Source: Octopus vulgaris (lineage: Eukaryota). From it: 64,000 bases of DNA. Below are positions 28,989-51,345 of the stretch, piece by piece. Below the pieces are notes generated by a model. The model was given only the letters and a program-made list of their open reading frames with translations. It had not been told where the DNA came from and made no database searches. The stretch lies in the NCBI GenBank assembly GCA_951406725.2, contig OX597824.1:99386001-99450000 (forward strand), in the 5' to 3' direction. Both the position numbers and the translations under genes were made by a program. Position 1 is the stretch's first letter, and every line of letters begins with the position of its first letter.

Positions 28989-31935
28989 ACATCAGAGGTT
29001 TACTAACACACAGTAACAGGACAAAAGTCCCGTTCCTGAGAGACTTTGTCGCATGCAATCAAGCCTTATGCATAGCACTCACAGAAACGCATCTGAAACC
29101 GGACATAGCAGATGCGGAATTACACATACCACAGTATGTTGTACTACGGACCGACAGGAAAGAAAGGAGTCATGGAGGAGTTGCTATGTACATCCGTGGG
29201 GACCTCACACCCCAGGTCCTTTTGTCATACTCAAACTCGGTGTGTGACACACTAATTGTACATATTAGGCAACTTGATGTAGTTGTGTGTGCTACATATC
29301 GCCCTCCAGATGCCCCAAGCCATGTGGGCAAGTTCGAAGACTGCCTTATAAAAATAGAAGAAGTTCTAACCACATTAGACCAACACATAAGTGTACTTCT
29401 CATGGGAGACTTCAATCTACCGAATGTCAGATGGCCCGAGGGCCTTTCTCTCCCAGGAATGACAAGATGTGAACGTGGACAGGCGAGGTCCCTCCTGAAC
29501 CTCACCAACACCCTGTACATGGAGCAAGTAGTACTGCAACCAACCAGAGCAGGTAACACACTGGATCTCTGCTTCACAAATAATATGGATCTCATCCATA
29601 ATGTGAAAGTGACACCGACACTACTCTCGGATCACAACATGGTAGAGCTGACCATGTACGGGCCAAAAGAGAGCACGGACATGCAGCCTACAAGAAACCC
29701 TCAGAATCTTTCCAGCTTGAACTTCAATAAGGCAAACTGGAAACAAATTGAGAAAGAGATCCTCAAACAAAACTGGCCTGAATGTCTCTCCTCGCCGGAC
29801 ATCGACATGATACTTCAACAATTCATGTCTGTAATGCAAGCCATATGCTACAAATGTGTCCCAGAGAGAAAGGCCACTGTACACAAGAACAAAATCCCCA
29901 GAGAGAGGAAAATTTTAATGAGACGGCGTACAAAAATTTCAAATCGCCTAAACAAACAAATTGAAAGTAGTGAAAAGTCCCGCCTGAAAATAAAACTGTT
30001 GGAAATTGAAAATTGTCTGCAACTTTCCCATGAGAAGGAAAGAGCAGACAAAGAAGCCTGGGCTATAGACAACATAAAAACTAACCCCAGAGCTTTCTAC
30101 AGGTATGCCAAAGAAACGGCTACAGTGCACTGTAGGATAGGGCCACTCCTTGAAAAGGATGGCACACTCACAGGAAAACCAATGAGGGTAAGTGAAATAC
30201 TGAATGAACAATTCAAGAGTGTTTTCACTCCACCCCTTGGGCATTTCCAAATCAGCAATCCAACTGACTTCTTTACCACTGCAGATATAGAATCAGAGGC
30301 GGCGACGATAAGTTACATCGAGATAAAGGAAGACGATGTAATAAAGGCTATAGATGAAATGAAAATAGACTCAGCTACTGGCCCCGATGGATTCCCGGCA
30401 ATCCTCCTAAAAGTATGTAAGAGAGTCTTAGCAAGACCACTGCAGTCCCTCTTTCAGAGCTTCCTTGCAGCTGGCAAACTTCCAAGGGGACTGAAGGAAG
30501 GTAAAATATGCCCTATTCATAAAGGAGGTAGCAGAGCGGAGGCAAAGAACTACAGACCTATCTCTCTGACCTCACACATCAGCAAGGTCATGGAACGAAT
30601 AGTCAGAAGGAAACTAATCACCTTCCTTGAAGAAAATGACTTGCTGCCTGACACCCAACATGGTTTCCGACCAGGAAGAAGCTGCTTAACTCAGCTCCTG
30701 CAGCACTATGACTGGGTGCTGAAACAACTGCTCAACCACTCAAATGTGGAAGTCATATATCTCGACTTCGCAAAGGCCTTCGATAAAGTCGATCACGGAA
30801 TGATATGTCACAGGTTGCGTGATCTTGGCATAGTTGGAAAACTAGGAGAATGGCTTCACGACTTTCTGAAGAATAGAAGTCAGGTGGTAGTAGCCAATGG
30901 GGCCACTTCCATTAACACGCAAATAATGAGTGGTGTTCCACAGGGCACTGTTTTGGGACCACTACTGTTCATAATGGCCCTCTCAGACATGCCCTCAGCC
31001 ACGCAGAGATCCACGATCACAAGTTATGCAGATGATACAAAAGTTTCACAGGCAATACAGAACCCTGAGGACACTAAAAACCTGCAATGTGAGCTGGACG
31101 AAATATACAAGTGGGCTGAAAAGAATAGCATGCAGTTCAATGCTGGAAAGTTTCAAGCTTTATACTATCAGCATGCAAAACTGAATGCAATACCCAATGA
31201 ATACACTGGACCCGGAGGGATTGCAATCCCAGAGGCACAATCAGTGCGTGACCTGGGTATTCACATGAGTGATGACGCGACCTTTCATGTACATGTTGCT
31301 AAACTGACAGTGAAATGTAGACGGCTGGCTGGCTGGATTCTTAGAACCTTTAGAACAAGAGAACAAGAAACCATGATGGTCCTCTGGAAGACACTTGTCC
31401 TAAGCCACTTTGACTATTGCTCTCAGCTATGGTCACCATCCAGTGTCAAGTTGATCACAGAACTTGAGGCGATCCAACGAAGCTACACAAAGAAGATAGC
31501 CTCTATGCAGAATGTAAGCTACTGGGAAAGACTCAAGAGATTAAAATTATACTCCCTGGAGCGTAGGCGGGAAAGATATGCCATAATATACATCTGGAAG
31601 ATCCTGAGGGAAGTGTCCTGAACTTTGGCATCGAGAGTTACACAAATGCCAGAACTGGGCGCCACTGCGTGGTGCCTAGGACTCCAAACCTGCCATCAAG
31701 ATGTAGGACAAGATTCTGTGATAGCCTGGGCTTCCGAGGCCCACAGCTCTTCAATATCCTCCCGAAGAACCTGAGAGACCTGCATGGGGTGGATACAGAT
31801 GTCTTTAAAATGAAGCTGGATCTCTTCCTGTCTGGTGTCCCAGATGAACCAACTTCACGGCAGGAGGGGCAGATGAGGGCAGCTGCATCGAACTCTCTCA
31901 TGCACCAAATAGCAGTTGCTAGAAAGCCCCCATGA
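28832..31935 (+). CDS. LINE ORF2 (apurinic-like endonuclease plus reverse transcriptase), one apparent 1-nt deletion near 31607
   Basis: APE motifs [31 protein letters not shown]; RT motifs [32 protein letters not shown]. Open to 31621, then continues in the 31669-31935 frame. Confidence 0.88.
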
Positions 31936-32020
31936 AGTAAAACCAAGTAGCAACACCAAATGGCGGTGCCCCAGCATGGCCACAGCTCATAGGCTGGAAC
32001 TGGAATCAATCAATCAATCA

Positions 32021-32703
<683 letters not shown>

Positions 32704-33078
32704 TACTTTGATACTTTGATACTCTGATATTTCGCCATATACAGGCCATGTCTAACATAGCACCACCTGGTGAAGTCTTTCAAGTCAGAATTTGGGCACT
32801 ATGGCCCACATATCCGGGTGTAGGGGTATCCGGGATTTCTTGAAGGAATCTGTCCAAAGACTTCTTGAACCCTATATCAGTTTCTGTTTTAATGTGTTTT
32901 GGTGTAATGTTAAAGAGAGCGGGGCCATAGGTGAAATAATTGTGCCGTATTGTTGTTATATATATTTTTGTTTTGGGCGGATGGCATATGTACCTTAAAG
33001 GTGATATCATTTGGGCAATGCTGATGGAATATTTTCCACATCATGCATATGATGTAGCATACATTGGATAGAGTTTTT
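32704..33078 (-). mobile_element. Short 3' fragment of a second CR1-like LINE lineage, tail (AAAGTATC)n
   Basis: TTIRHNYFTYGPALFNITPKHIKTETD..FKKSLDRFLQEIPDTPTPGYV matches the C-terminus of the 41558-43490 element. Confidence 0.8.
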
Positions 33079-33133
33079 TATATATATACATACATATATA
33101 TATACATACATATATATATACATACATATATAT

Positions 33134-33164
<31 letters not shown>

Positions 33165-33235
33165 CATACATATATATATATACATACATATATATATATA
33201 AATATATATATATACATATATATATATATACATAC

Positions 33236-33266
<31 letters not shown>

Positions 33267-33325
33267 CATATATATATATACATATATATATACATACATA
33301 TATATATATATATATATACATTATA

Positions 33326-34366
33326 TTTGATTTTTTTTGATTTTTCCAGTTTCAGCTAATGAGCTGTGGCCATGCTGGGGCACCGCCATTTGGTTTGCTA
33401 CACGGGTTTACCTCACGGATGCTTTTTAGCAAACGCCATCTGATGCATGAGAGAGTTCGATGCAGCTGCCCTCATCTGCACCTCCTGCCGTGAAGTTGGT
33501 TCATCCGGGACACCTGACAGGAAGAGATCCAGTCCTACTTTAAAGACATCCGCATCTACACCATGCAGGTCCCTCAGGTTCTTCGGGAGGACATTGAAGA
33601 GCCGTGGGCCTCTGAAGCCCAGGCTATCACAATATCTTGTCCTACATCTTGATGGCAAATTTGGAGTCCTTGGTACTACGCAGTGGCGTCCGGTTCTGGC
33701 GTTTGTGTGACTCTCGATGCCAAAGTCTGGGACAAGACCTTCCAGGATCTTCCACATATATATTATGGCATGAGTCTCTCCCAGTAGCTCGTATGCTGCA
33801 CAGAGGCTATCTTCTTCGTGTAGCTTCGTTGGATCGCCTCAAGTTCTGTGATCAACTTGACACTGGATGGTGACCATAGCTGAGAGCAATAGTCAAAGTG
33901 GCTTAGGACAAGTGTCTTCCAGAGGACCATCATGGTTTCTTGTTCTCTTGTTCTAAAGGTTCTAAGAATCCAGCCAGCCAGCCGTCTGCATTTCATTGTC
34001 AGTTTAGCAACATGTACATGAAAGGTCGCGTCATCACTCATGTGAATACCCAGGTCACGCACTGATTGTACCTCTGGGATTGCAATCCCTCCGGGTCCAG
34101 TGTATTCATTGGGTATTGCATTCAGTTTTGCATGCTGATAGTATAAAGCTTGAAACTTTTCAGCATTGAACTGCATGCTATTCTTTTCAGCCCACTTGTA
34201 TATTTCGTCCAGCTCATATTGCAGGTGGTTAGTGTCTTCAGGGTTCTGTATTGCCTGTGAAACTTTTGTATCATCTGCATAACTTGTGATCGTGGCTCTC
34301 CACGTGGCTGAGGGCATGTCTGAGAGGGCCATTATGAACAGTAGTGGTCCCAAAACAGTGCCCTGT
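33326..34366 (-). mobile_element. 5'-truncated CR1-like LINE, close relative of 28431-32020, with ~43-nt internal deletion
   Basis: Translation is almost identical to ORF2 from [21 protein letters not shown] onward, and the 3' motif is the same. Confidence 0.92.
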
Positions 34367-34766
34367 ACATATATATATACATATACATACATATATATAT
34401 ACATACATATATATATACATACATATATATATACATACATATACATATATATATACATACATATATATATACATACATATATATATACATACATATATAT
34501 ATATACATACATATATATATATATATACATACATATATACATACATACATACATACATATATATATATATACATACATACATATATATATATATACATAC
34601 ATACATACATATATACATACATACATACATATATACATACATACATACATATATACATACATACATATATATATACATACATATATACATACATACATAC
34701 ATATATATATATACATACATATATATATATACATACATATATATATATATACATACATATATATAT

Positions 34767-34799
<33 letters not shown>

Positions 34800-34811
34800 T
34801 ATACATACATA

Positions 34812-34852
<41 letters not shown>

Positions 34853-35011
34853 ACATACATATATATATACATATATATATATACATACATATATATATAT
34901 ACATATATATATATACATACATATATATATATACATACATATATATATATACATACATATACATATATATACATACATATACATATATATACATACATAT
35001 ATATATACATA

Positions 35012-35052
<41 letters not shown>

Positions 35053-35105
35053 ACATACATATACATATATATACATACATATACATATATATACATACAT
35101 ATACA

Positions 35106-35137
<32 letters not shown>

Positions 35138-35272
35138 CATATATATATACATACATATATATATACATACATATATATATATATACATACATATATATAT
35201 ATACATACATATATATATACATACATATATATATACATACATATATATATACATACATATATATATACATAC

Positions 35273-35303
<31 letters not shown>

Positions 35304-35442
35304 CATATACATATATATACATATACATATATATACATATACATATATATACATACATATACATACATATATATATACATACATATATATATACATACAT
35401 ATATATATACATACATATATATATACATACATATATATATAC

Positions 35443-35489
<47 letters not shown>

Positions 35490-35520
35490 TATATACATAT
35501 ATATATACATATATATATAC

Positions 35521-35586
<66 letters not shown>

Positions 35587-35612
35587 ATACATATATATAT
35601 ATACATATATGT

Positions 35613-35645
<33 letters not shown>

Positions 35646-35779
35646 CATATATATATATACATACATACATATATATATACATATATATATATATATGTAT
35701 ATATACATACATATATATATATACATACATATATATATATATACATATATATATACATATATATATACATACATATATG

Positions 35780-35820
<41 letters not shown>

Positions 35821-36194
35821 GTATATATACATACATATATATATACATACATATATATATACATATATATATATATATACATACATATATATATACATAT
35901 ATATATACATACATATATATATACATACATATATATATATACATACATATATATATACATACATATATATATATACATACATATATATATACATACATAT
36001 ATATATACATACATATATATATACATACATATATATATACATACATATATACATACATATATATATACATACATATATATATACATACATATATATATAT
36101 ACATACATATATATATACATACATATATATATACATACATATATATATACATACATATATATATACATACATATATATATACATACATATATAT

Positions 36195-36247
<53 letters not shown>

Positions 36248-36280
36248 TTATATACATACATATATATATGTATATATAAA
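34367..36280. repeat. (TACA)/(TA) microsatellite array
   Basis: Read directly. Confidence 0.97.
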
Positions 36281-36284
36281 AACA

Positions 36285-36884
36285 CCATCCGAAGACCCGG
36301 CAAGACTAGTCAGGCCATAACCCGTGGCCCCTACCTGGGACGTAGTCAGTCCACCTGTGCATACCTTCCTTCTTGTGACACTTGTGAAAACCTGTTGAGG
36401 CAAGTGAAAATCAAAAAAAATCAAAATAGATGAACATCAATGGAATTTGTATCTTTGTGGTACCAGTGCCGGTGGCACACAAGAAAACCATCCGAACGTG
36501 GCCATAGCCAGTACCGCATCGACTGGCCTCCGTGCTGTGGGCACGTAACAAACACCATCCGATCGTGGCCGTTTGCCAGCCTCATCTGGCACCTGTGTCG
36601 GTGGCACATAAAAACACCATCCGAGCGTGGCCGTCTGCCAGCCTCGTCTGGCACCTGTGTCGGTGGCACATAAAAAACACCATCCGAGCGTGGCCATTCG
36701 CCAGCCTCGTCTGGCACATAAAATCACCCACTACACTCTCGGAGTGGTTGGCGTTAGGAAGGGCATCCAGCTGTAGAAACACTGCCAGATCTGACTGGCC
36801 TGGTGCAGCCTTCGGGCTCCCCAGACCCCAGTTGAACCGTCCAACCCATGCTAGCATGGAAAGCGGACGTTAAATGATGATGAT
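36285..36884 (+). mobile_element. RTE 3' UTR (different subfamily) with tandem ~55-bp units and (GAT)n tail
   Basis: Repeated AACACCATCCGA.CGTGGCC..GCCAGCCTC..GGTGGCAC units followed by the RTE tail core. Confidence 0.82.
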
Positions 36885-36904
36885 ATATATATACATATAT
36901 ACAT

Positions 36905-38226
36905 ACCAGCTCTTACAACATTATGACTGGGTGTTGAGGCAGTTACTCAACAAATCAAATGTGGACGTAATCTACCTTGATTTTGCAAAAGCTTTTGACA
37001 AGGTGGATCATGGTATGATATGCCACAAACTGCGTGACCTTGGCATAGCTGGAAAACTTGGAGTGTGGTTACATGACTTCCTGAAAGATAGGAGTCAGGC
37101 AGTAGTGGTTAATGGTTAATGGAGCCACCTCTATGAACACACAAATAGTGAGCGGTGTTCCACAGGGCACTGTCTTGGGACCACTGCTTTTTATAGTGGC
37201 CCTCTCAGATATGCCCTCAAATGCCCGGATAGCCACTCTGACAAGCTATGCAGACAATACGAAAGTCTCGCAGAAAATACAGAACCCCAGCGATGTTGCA
37301 CACCTGCAGCAGGAGTTGGACTCAATCTACAGATGGGCTGAGGATAATATGCAGTTTAATGCTGAAAAATTCCAGGCCCTGTGCTACCAGCATCCAAAAT
37401 TGAATATTAAACTTACAGGAAACACCGGTCCACAGGGAATTTCAATCCCAGAGCCTAAGTCTGTGAGGGACCTGGATATCGACATGAGTGATGATACCTC
37501 TTTCCAAGTGCACATTACCAGGATGGCGACAAAGTGCAGACGACTGGCTGGGTGGATCCTAAGAACATTCAGAACCAGAGATAAGGAAACCATGATGGTC
37601 CTCTGGCAGACATTTGTCCTCAGCCGCCTGGATTACTGCTCACAGCTATGGTCACCCACCAGTGTAAAATTAACAGCGGACCTTGAAGCAATCCAGAGAA
37701 AATTCACAAAGAAGATTGTCTCTTTGCAATAGCTCAGCTACTGGGAAAGGTTGAAACAGCTAAGACTCTACTCCCTGGAGAGGAGACGGGAGAGGTATGC
37801 AGTAATATATGTGAGGAAGATCCTGGAAGGAATTGTGCCAAATTTTGGCATTGTAAGCTACACAAATGCTAGAACGGGACGACACTGCATAGTGCCAAAG
37901 ATCCCAGCAATGCCATTACGCTTCAGGACAAGCTTCTGCAACAGCCTGGGTTTCAAGGGCCAACAGCTTTTTAATATTCTCCCAAAGAGTCTGAGGAACT
38001 TGCACAAAGTAGATGTAGCAGGTTTTAAATCAAAGCTGGACATCTTCCTGTCAAGAGTCCCAGATGAACCTACCTCAAGGCAAGAGGTGCAAATGAGAGT
38101 ACCTATATCAAACTCCATTCTTCACCAAGTGCCACATATTAGACGAGGTTCTTCATAATAACAGTGTAGCACAAAACGGCGGTGCATCAGCATGGCCTCA
38201 GCTCTGAGCTGAAACTAGAAAAAAAA

Positions 38227-38227
<1 letters not shown>
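36905..38227 (+). mobile_element. 5'-truncated CR1-like LINE, disrupted, poly(A)-like tail
   Basis: Contains [23 protein letters not shown], a 7-bp tandem duplication (TGGTTAA) frameshift near 37110, YADNTK, a stop at 37732 and a 3' GGCGGTGCATCAGCATGGCC motif. Confidence 0.9.
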
Positions 38228-38269
<42 letters not shown>

Positions 38270-38568
38270 CATATATATGTATACATACATATATACATAC
38301 ATATGTATACATACATATATACATACGTATACATATATATATATATACATATGTATACATACATATACATATGTATACATATATATATATACATATGTAT
38401 ACATACATATACATATGTATACATATATATATATACATATGTATACATACATATACATATGTATACATATATATATATACATATGTATACATACATATAC
38501 ATATGTATACATATATATATATACATATGTATACATACATATACATATGTATACATACATATATATAC

Positions 38569-38599
<31 letters not shown>

Positions 38600-38962
38600 C
38601 ATATATATATACATATATGTATATATATACATACATATATATATACATATATGTATATATATACATACATATATATATACATATATGTATATATATACAT
38701 ACATATATATATACATATATGTATATATATACATACATATATATATACATATATGTATATATATACATACATATATATATACATATATGTATATATATAC
38801 ATACATATATATACACATACATACACATATACATATATGTATATATATACATACATATATATACACATATACATACACATATACATACATATATATACAC
38901 ATATATATACACATATACATATATATATACATATATACATACATATATATATATATACATAC

Positions 38963-38995
<33 letters not shown>

Positions 38996-39068
38996 CATAC
39001 ATATATACATACATATATACATACATATATACATACATATATACATACATATATACATATATATTTAC

Positions 39069-39113
<45 letters not shown>

Positions 39114-39607
39114 CATATATATATACATATATATATACATACATATATACATATATATATACATACATATATATACATATATATATACATACATATATAT
39201 GCATATATATATACATACATATACATATATATATACATACATATATATACATATATATATACATACATATATATACATATATATATACATACATATATAT
39301 ACATATATATATACATACATATATATATACATACATATATATACATATATATATACATACATATATATACATATATATACATATATATATACATACATAT
39401 ATATACATATATATACATACATATATATACATATATATACATATATATATACATATATATACATATATATATACATACATATATATACATATATATACAT
39501 ATATATATACATACATATATATACATATATATATATATACATACATATATATATACATACATATATATACATATATATATATACATACATATATATATAT
39601 ACATATA

Positions 39608-39647
<40 letters not shown>

Positions 39648-39761
39648 CATACATATATATACATATATATATATATACATACATATATATACATATATAT
39701 ATACATACATATATATACATATATATATACATACATATATACATACATATATATACATATA

Positions 39762-39801
<40 letters not shown>

Positions 39802-39840
39802 CATATATATATACATACATATATACATACATATCTATAT
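38228..39840. repeat. (TACA)/(TA) microsatellite with ATGT-containing higher-order units
   Basis: Read directly. Confidence 0.97.
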
Positions 39841-39844
39841 ACAA

Positions 39845-41557
<1,713 letters not shown>

Positions 41558-43490
41558 TAACTTATAACTTAGAAAGGTTTTGGCCAGTATTGGCCCAGGC
41601 CATGTCTAACTTAATAGCACCACCTGGCGAAGTCTTTCAGTTCAGGATTTGGGCACCAAGGCCCATTCGAGCAGAGAGTTATTGTTTGCGGAGACATATC
41701 CGGGTGTGGGTGGTTTGTCCGGTACTGTTTGAAGGAATTTGTCCAAAGACTTCTTGAATTTTGTGTGGTCAGTTTCTTTTTTGACATGTCCTGGTGTAAT
41801 GTTGAAGAGAGCGGGTCCAATTGAGGTGAAATAGTTGTGCCGTATTGTCGTTATGTGATGCGATTTAGATTTTTGTTGTGAACGGATGGCACGTGGTCCA
41901 AGCCTTGGATGCATTTTGAAGGTGATGCCAACATCATTCGGACAGTGCTGATGGAATATTTTCCACATCATACAGATAATGTAGCGTTCACGGCGTGGTT
42001 GGAGTGAATACAATTTCAGCTTCTCTAGTCTACCCCAGTAGTCAAGGTCTGACATGCCATCTATCTTTTTTGTGATTGACCTTTGGGGAGCTTCAATTCT
42101 CATAATATTTTGTTTTGTGTAGGGAGACCACAGTGGACAGCAGTATTCAAGGTGGGGTCGGGCAAAAGTGGAGAAGAGAAGGATAATAGCATGGGAATCT
42201 CTCGACTGGAAGGTTCTGAGAATCCAGGAACACATTCTGCGGGCCATGTCAACTTTGCTGCTTATATGTGTAGCCCAGCTTATGTTGTTGTCCACTGTTA
42301 CTCCCAGGTCTCTGATGTTGTTGGATGCCATGAGAATTTCTCCAGAAGGAAGAGAGTATGGGAGTTTCAGAGCGTCCTCCCTTCCAAAGTGGATCAGTTC
42401 AAATTTGTCTTCATTTAGCAACATGTTATTCTTTTCCACCCATTGGACAACAGCCAGTAGGTCTGACTGAAGGTTTATTCGGTCATCCACGCCATTGATG
42501 ACCTTCTGGAGCTTGGAATCATCAGCGAAGGTTCTGATGTTACTGTGTTTGATGGTGTCAGTAATATCATTTATGTAGATGATGAAGAGAAGTGGGCCCA
42601 ACACAGTGCCTTGTGGGACACCACTGCTGACTTTGGCTGAGCTGGATTTGACTCCTTCGACTACAACATGTTGGGTTCTGTTAGACAGGAAGCACTTGAT
42701 CCACTGCAGCAGCTTTCCAGTGACACCAATATTGGACAGCTTTCTCAGAAGGATCTTATGATCAACCCTGTCAAAGGCCTTGCTGAAATCAAGGTAGATG
42801 ACATCAGTGTTGGAACCTTCTCCCAAGGCTCTCAAAATGTCATCAAAATGATGCAGTAGCTGCGTCAGGCAATCTCTCCCATTACAGAATCCATGCTGGT
42901 TGGGGTTCAGCATATTATGACTCTCAAGGAAGTGAGTCATACGCGATCTCAGCACTCTCTCAAATACCTTGATGATATGAGAGGTGAGTGAGATTGGACG
43001 GTAATTCACGGCAAGCGATTTGTTTCTTTTTTTTGAAAACTGGGACAACAAACTGGGATAGAAGGTCTTCTGGTATATATCCAGCATCCAGTGAGTTCCG
43101 CCACAGATTGGCTAGAGGGGGTGCAAGTTGGTTTTGACACATCTTCAAGACACAAGCAGGGAACCTATCGGGACCTACTGCTGAATTATGCTTCATTTCC
43201 TTTATTGCTGCTAAGACATCAGGAGCGCCAAATGTTATGTCCGATAAAGTGTATTGGGGAGTAACATCACTGATACAGCCCAGATCAGTCATATCAGGAT
43301 TGCTGAAAACAGAGCAATATTGTTTCTGCAATATCTCTCCCATGGTTTTGGCATTGTCTTGAAGAGTACCATTTTCATCAATCAGAGGGCCAACAGTAGA
43401 ACCAGTGACTCTGTGTTTCTTTGCAAATGAAAAGAACACTTTGGGATTGAGTCTGTTCTTCTCAATGGCCCAGGCCTCTTCAGCTCTTCA
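41558..43490 (-). mobile_element. 5'-truncated CR1-like LINE (second lineage), tail (TAAGTTA)n
   Basis: Motifs [65 protein letters not shown]. Frameshift in an A-run near 43030; stop at 41642. Confidence 0.92.
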
Positions 43491-48420
<4,930 letters not shown>

Positions 48421-51345
48421 CATCATTATCATCGTTTAATGTCTGTTTTCCATGCTAGCATGGGTTGGACGGTTCGACCGGGGTCTGGGAAACCAGGAGG
48501 CTGCACCAGGCTCCAGTCTAATCTGGCAGTGTTTCTACAGCTGGATGCCCTTCATAATGCCAACCACTCCCTAAGTATAGTGGGTGCTTTTTAGGTGCCA
48601 CCAGCACAGGTGCCAGGCGAGGCTGGCAACAGCCACGATTGGTTGGTGCTTTTTACATGCCACCGGTACGGAAGCCAGTCAAGGCGGCACTGGCATCGGC
48701 CACGTACGAATGGTGCTTTTTACGTGCCACCTGCACAGTTATCACAACTACAATTTCCATTTGATTTTTTGATGTTGATGTACTTGACTCAATAGGTCTC
48801 CTCAAGCATGGCAGGTTGCCCTATGATCCAAGGTACTTTGGAAGAGCTGGTGCTTCTATGTGAAGTTGGTACAGGAAACAACCACGGACTCACATTATTT
48901 GTCGGGTCTTCACAGTCACAATATATTTCCAGAGGTCTCAGTCTTTCGCCATTGCCTGTGAGACCCGTTTGAAGGTCATTCTTGACCACCTCATCCCATG
49001 TCTTCCTGGGTCTACCTCTACCCCGGATTCCTTCAACTGTTTAGTAGTGCCACTTCTTCACACATCTCTCCTCATCCATCCGTAGTACATGACCATACCA
49101 CGCCACATCCGATGCTTCTTATGTCCAGCATTTCTCTCAGGGCACTTATGCTCTGTCGTGTGTGCACAGTGACATTACACATCCAGTGGATCCTGCTAGC
49201 TTCATTTCTTTCAAGCCTACGCATGTCCTCTGCAGTCACAGCCCGTGTTTCACTACCGTGAAGCCTGGCAGTTCGCACACATGCGTCGTACAATCTACCT
49301 TTCACTCTGAGTGAGAGACTCTTTGTCACCAGTAGGGGTAGGAGCTTTCTAAACTTTGCCCAGGCTATTCGTATTCTAGTGGTAACACTCTCTGAGCATC
49401 CATCCCAACTACTAACTTGGTCACCTAGGTAGTGGAAACTATCATCTACTTCTAATTTCTCCTCCAGGAGTGTAATGGAATCTGTTTTCTGAGTATCAAT
49501 GGTTTCTATTACCCCTGTTAATCTGCCACACACGAAAGCTATCTTCTCGTTTAATTTTCCTTTAATGTTGTTGCACCTCTTATGTGTCCATAGCTTACAC
49601 TGAGTACATCTTATGGAGTTTCTACTACACCTTTTCTACAGATCGAGCAGGACCACCTACATGAAGGGGTGTGTGGTGTGTTTGCCTTCCTACTTACTAG
49701 AACTTTGGTCTTTGCTACATTGACTCTAAAGCCTTTTGATTCTAAACCTAGCTCCCACACCAGAAATTTCTTTTCTAGTTCCGGTAGTGATTCTGCTATG
49801 AGGGCCAGGTCATCAGCATAGAGGAGCTTCCAGGGGCAACCCGTCTTGAATTCCTCTGTTGTTGCCTGGAGGACTATGATGAATAAAAGGGGACTCAGGG
49901 CTGAACCTTGGTGGACCCCTACTTCTACCTGGAATTCTTCACTAATTGTCAATCCTAACCTTGCTGACGGCCTCTCTGTATAGGGCCTGTAAAGCCCTTA
50001 TTAACCATTCATGAATATCCAGTTTCCGTATCGCCCACAAGGGATTGGGGGACCCTGTCAAAGGCTTTCTCCAAGTCCACAAAAGCTATGTAGAGTTTAT
50101 CTTTAACTAGGTATTTCTCCTGCAGTTGTCGAACCAGGAATATGGCATCAGTGGTGCTTCTACCCGGCACAAAACCGAACTGCATCTCATCTAAGCAAAC
50201 TCTCTCCCGAATGAGATGGGCTATGACCCTCTCTGTGACCTTCACCTGATCCAAAAGTTTAATACCCCTGTAGTTATTTCTATCTAGAGCATCACCTTTA
50301 CCCTTGTAGCAGTTGACTATGGTGCTGCTACGCCAGTCATTGGGTATGACTCCATCATGAACTACCTGGTTTACAATGCAGATGACTAGGCCATAGCCCA
50401 CACCACCAGATGTTTTAAGCATCTCAGCAGTGATTCCTGATGGGCCGGGGGCTTTTCCTGGTTTCATACCCTTAATTGCTTTATCTACTAGGGAGCTGTC
50501 TATTCGGATAGCTGGTCCCTCTACTGGGTCAACATTTGGCAGGCTCTCCTCCTCCCATTCATTCTCCACATTCAGCAGTCTCTCATAATGACTTCTCGAA
50601 GCCTCTTTCTTTTCAGAAACATTGAAAGCAAGTGCACCATCATCCATGCGGACGCATTTCTCTCCTGTGACATCACTATTTTCTCTCACACACTATCTAG
50701 CAATCCGAAATACCTCAGTTCTTTGGTCCTCACGTCGCTGGGTATTGGCAAACTTCTTTTCTGCTTCATCTTTGGCTATGTATACCTGCTGCCCAGCCTC
50801 CCTTTTGGCTACCTGGTACAGTTCCATGCTACCCCCATCCCTCCAGGCTTTACAGGCCTGTTTCTTTGCTCTAATAGCTTTATCTACTGTACTATTCCAC
50901 CACCACGTAACTAAGTCTGGAAGCGACTTTGCACCATCCGCAGACTTGGTCTGTGACACTCAGCAAGCTGTCCTGTAGGAATTTCCAGCTACCTTCTATG
51001 TTCGACGTCTGTAGCTCCTCCTCCCTCTCAAATTTCTTGATGAGGATGCTCCTAATTCTCTGGTCATGTGAAGGGTTCTTTAGCTTTCAAATCCTTCTTT
51101 TCTGGATTGGTCCGCTTCTTCATATCCATCTGGCCTCAAGCCTAAAGTCACTAATGACTAGGCTATGCTGAGGGGCACATTCTTCCCCCGGGAGGGTCAT
51201 TGTATTTAAGAGCAACCCTGCGTCCCGCTGTCTGGTGAGGATGAAATCAATCTGGCTAGCAGAGTCTGCTGACTGATAGGTTATAAGGGGGCTGTCTAGC
51301 TTCCTGAAGTTAGTGTTGCAGATTAAAAGGTTACATGCATCACAT
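48421..51345 (-). mobile_element. 5'-truncated RTE-clade LINE (end of APE, RT, 3' UTR), frameshifted
   Basis: Motifs SQIDFIL, GKAPGPSG, NYRGIKLL, QFGFVPGRSTTDAIF, DLEKAFDRVP, GVHQGSALSPLLF, LYADDL, HGSET; (GAT)n tail at 48421. Confidence 0.93.

Larger units (their letters stand above)
28431..32020 (+). mobile_element. Near-full-length CR1-like LINE, tail (ATCA)n
   Basis: ORF1 fragment, overlapping ORF2 (APE and RT), 3' GGCGGTGCCCCAGCATGGCC motif and hairpin; flanked by microsatellite on both sides. Confidence 0.93.
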
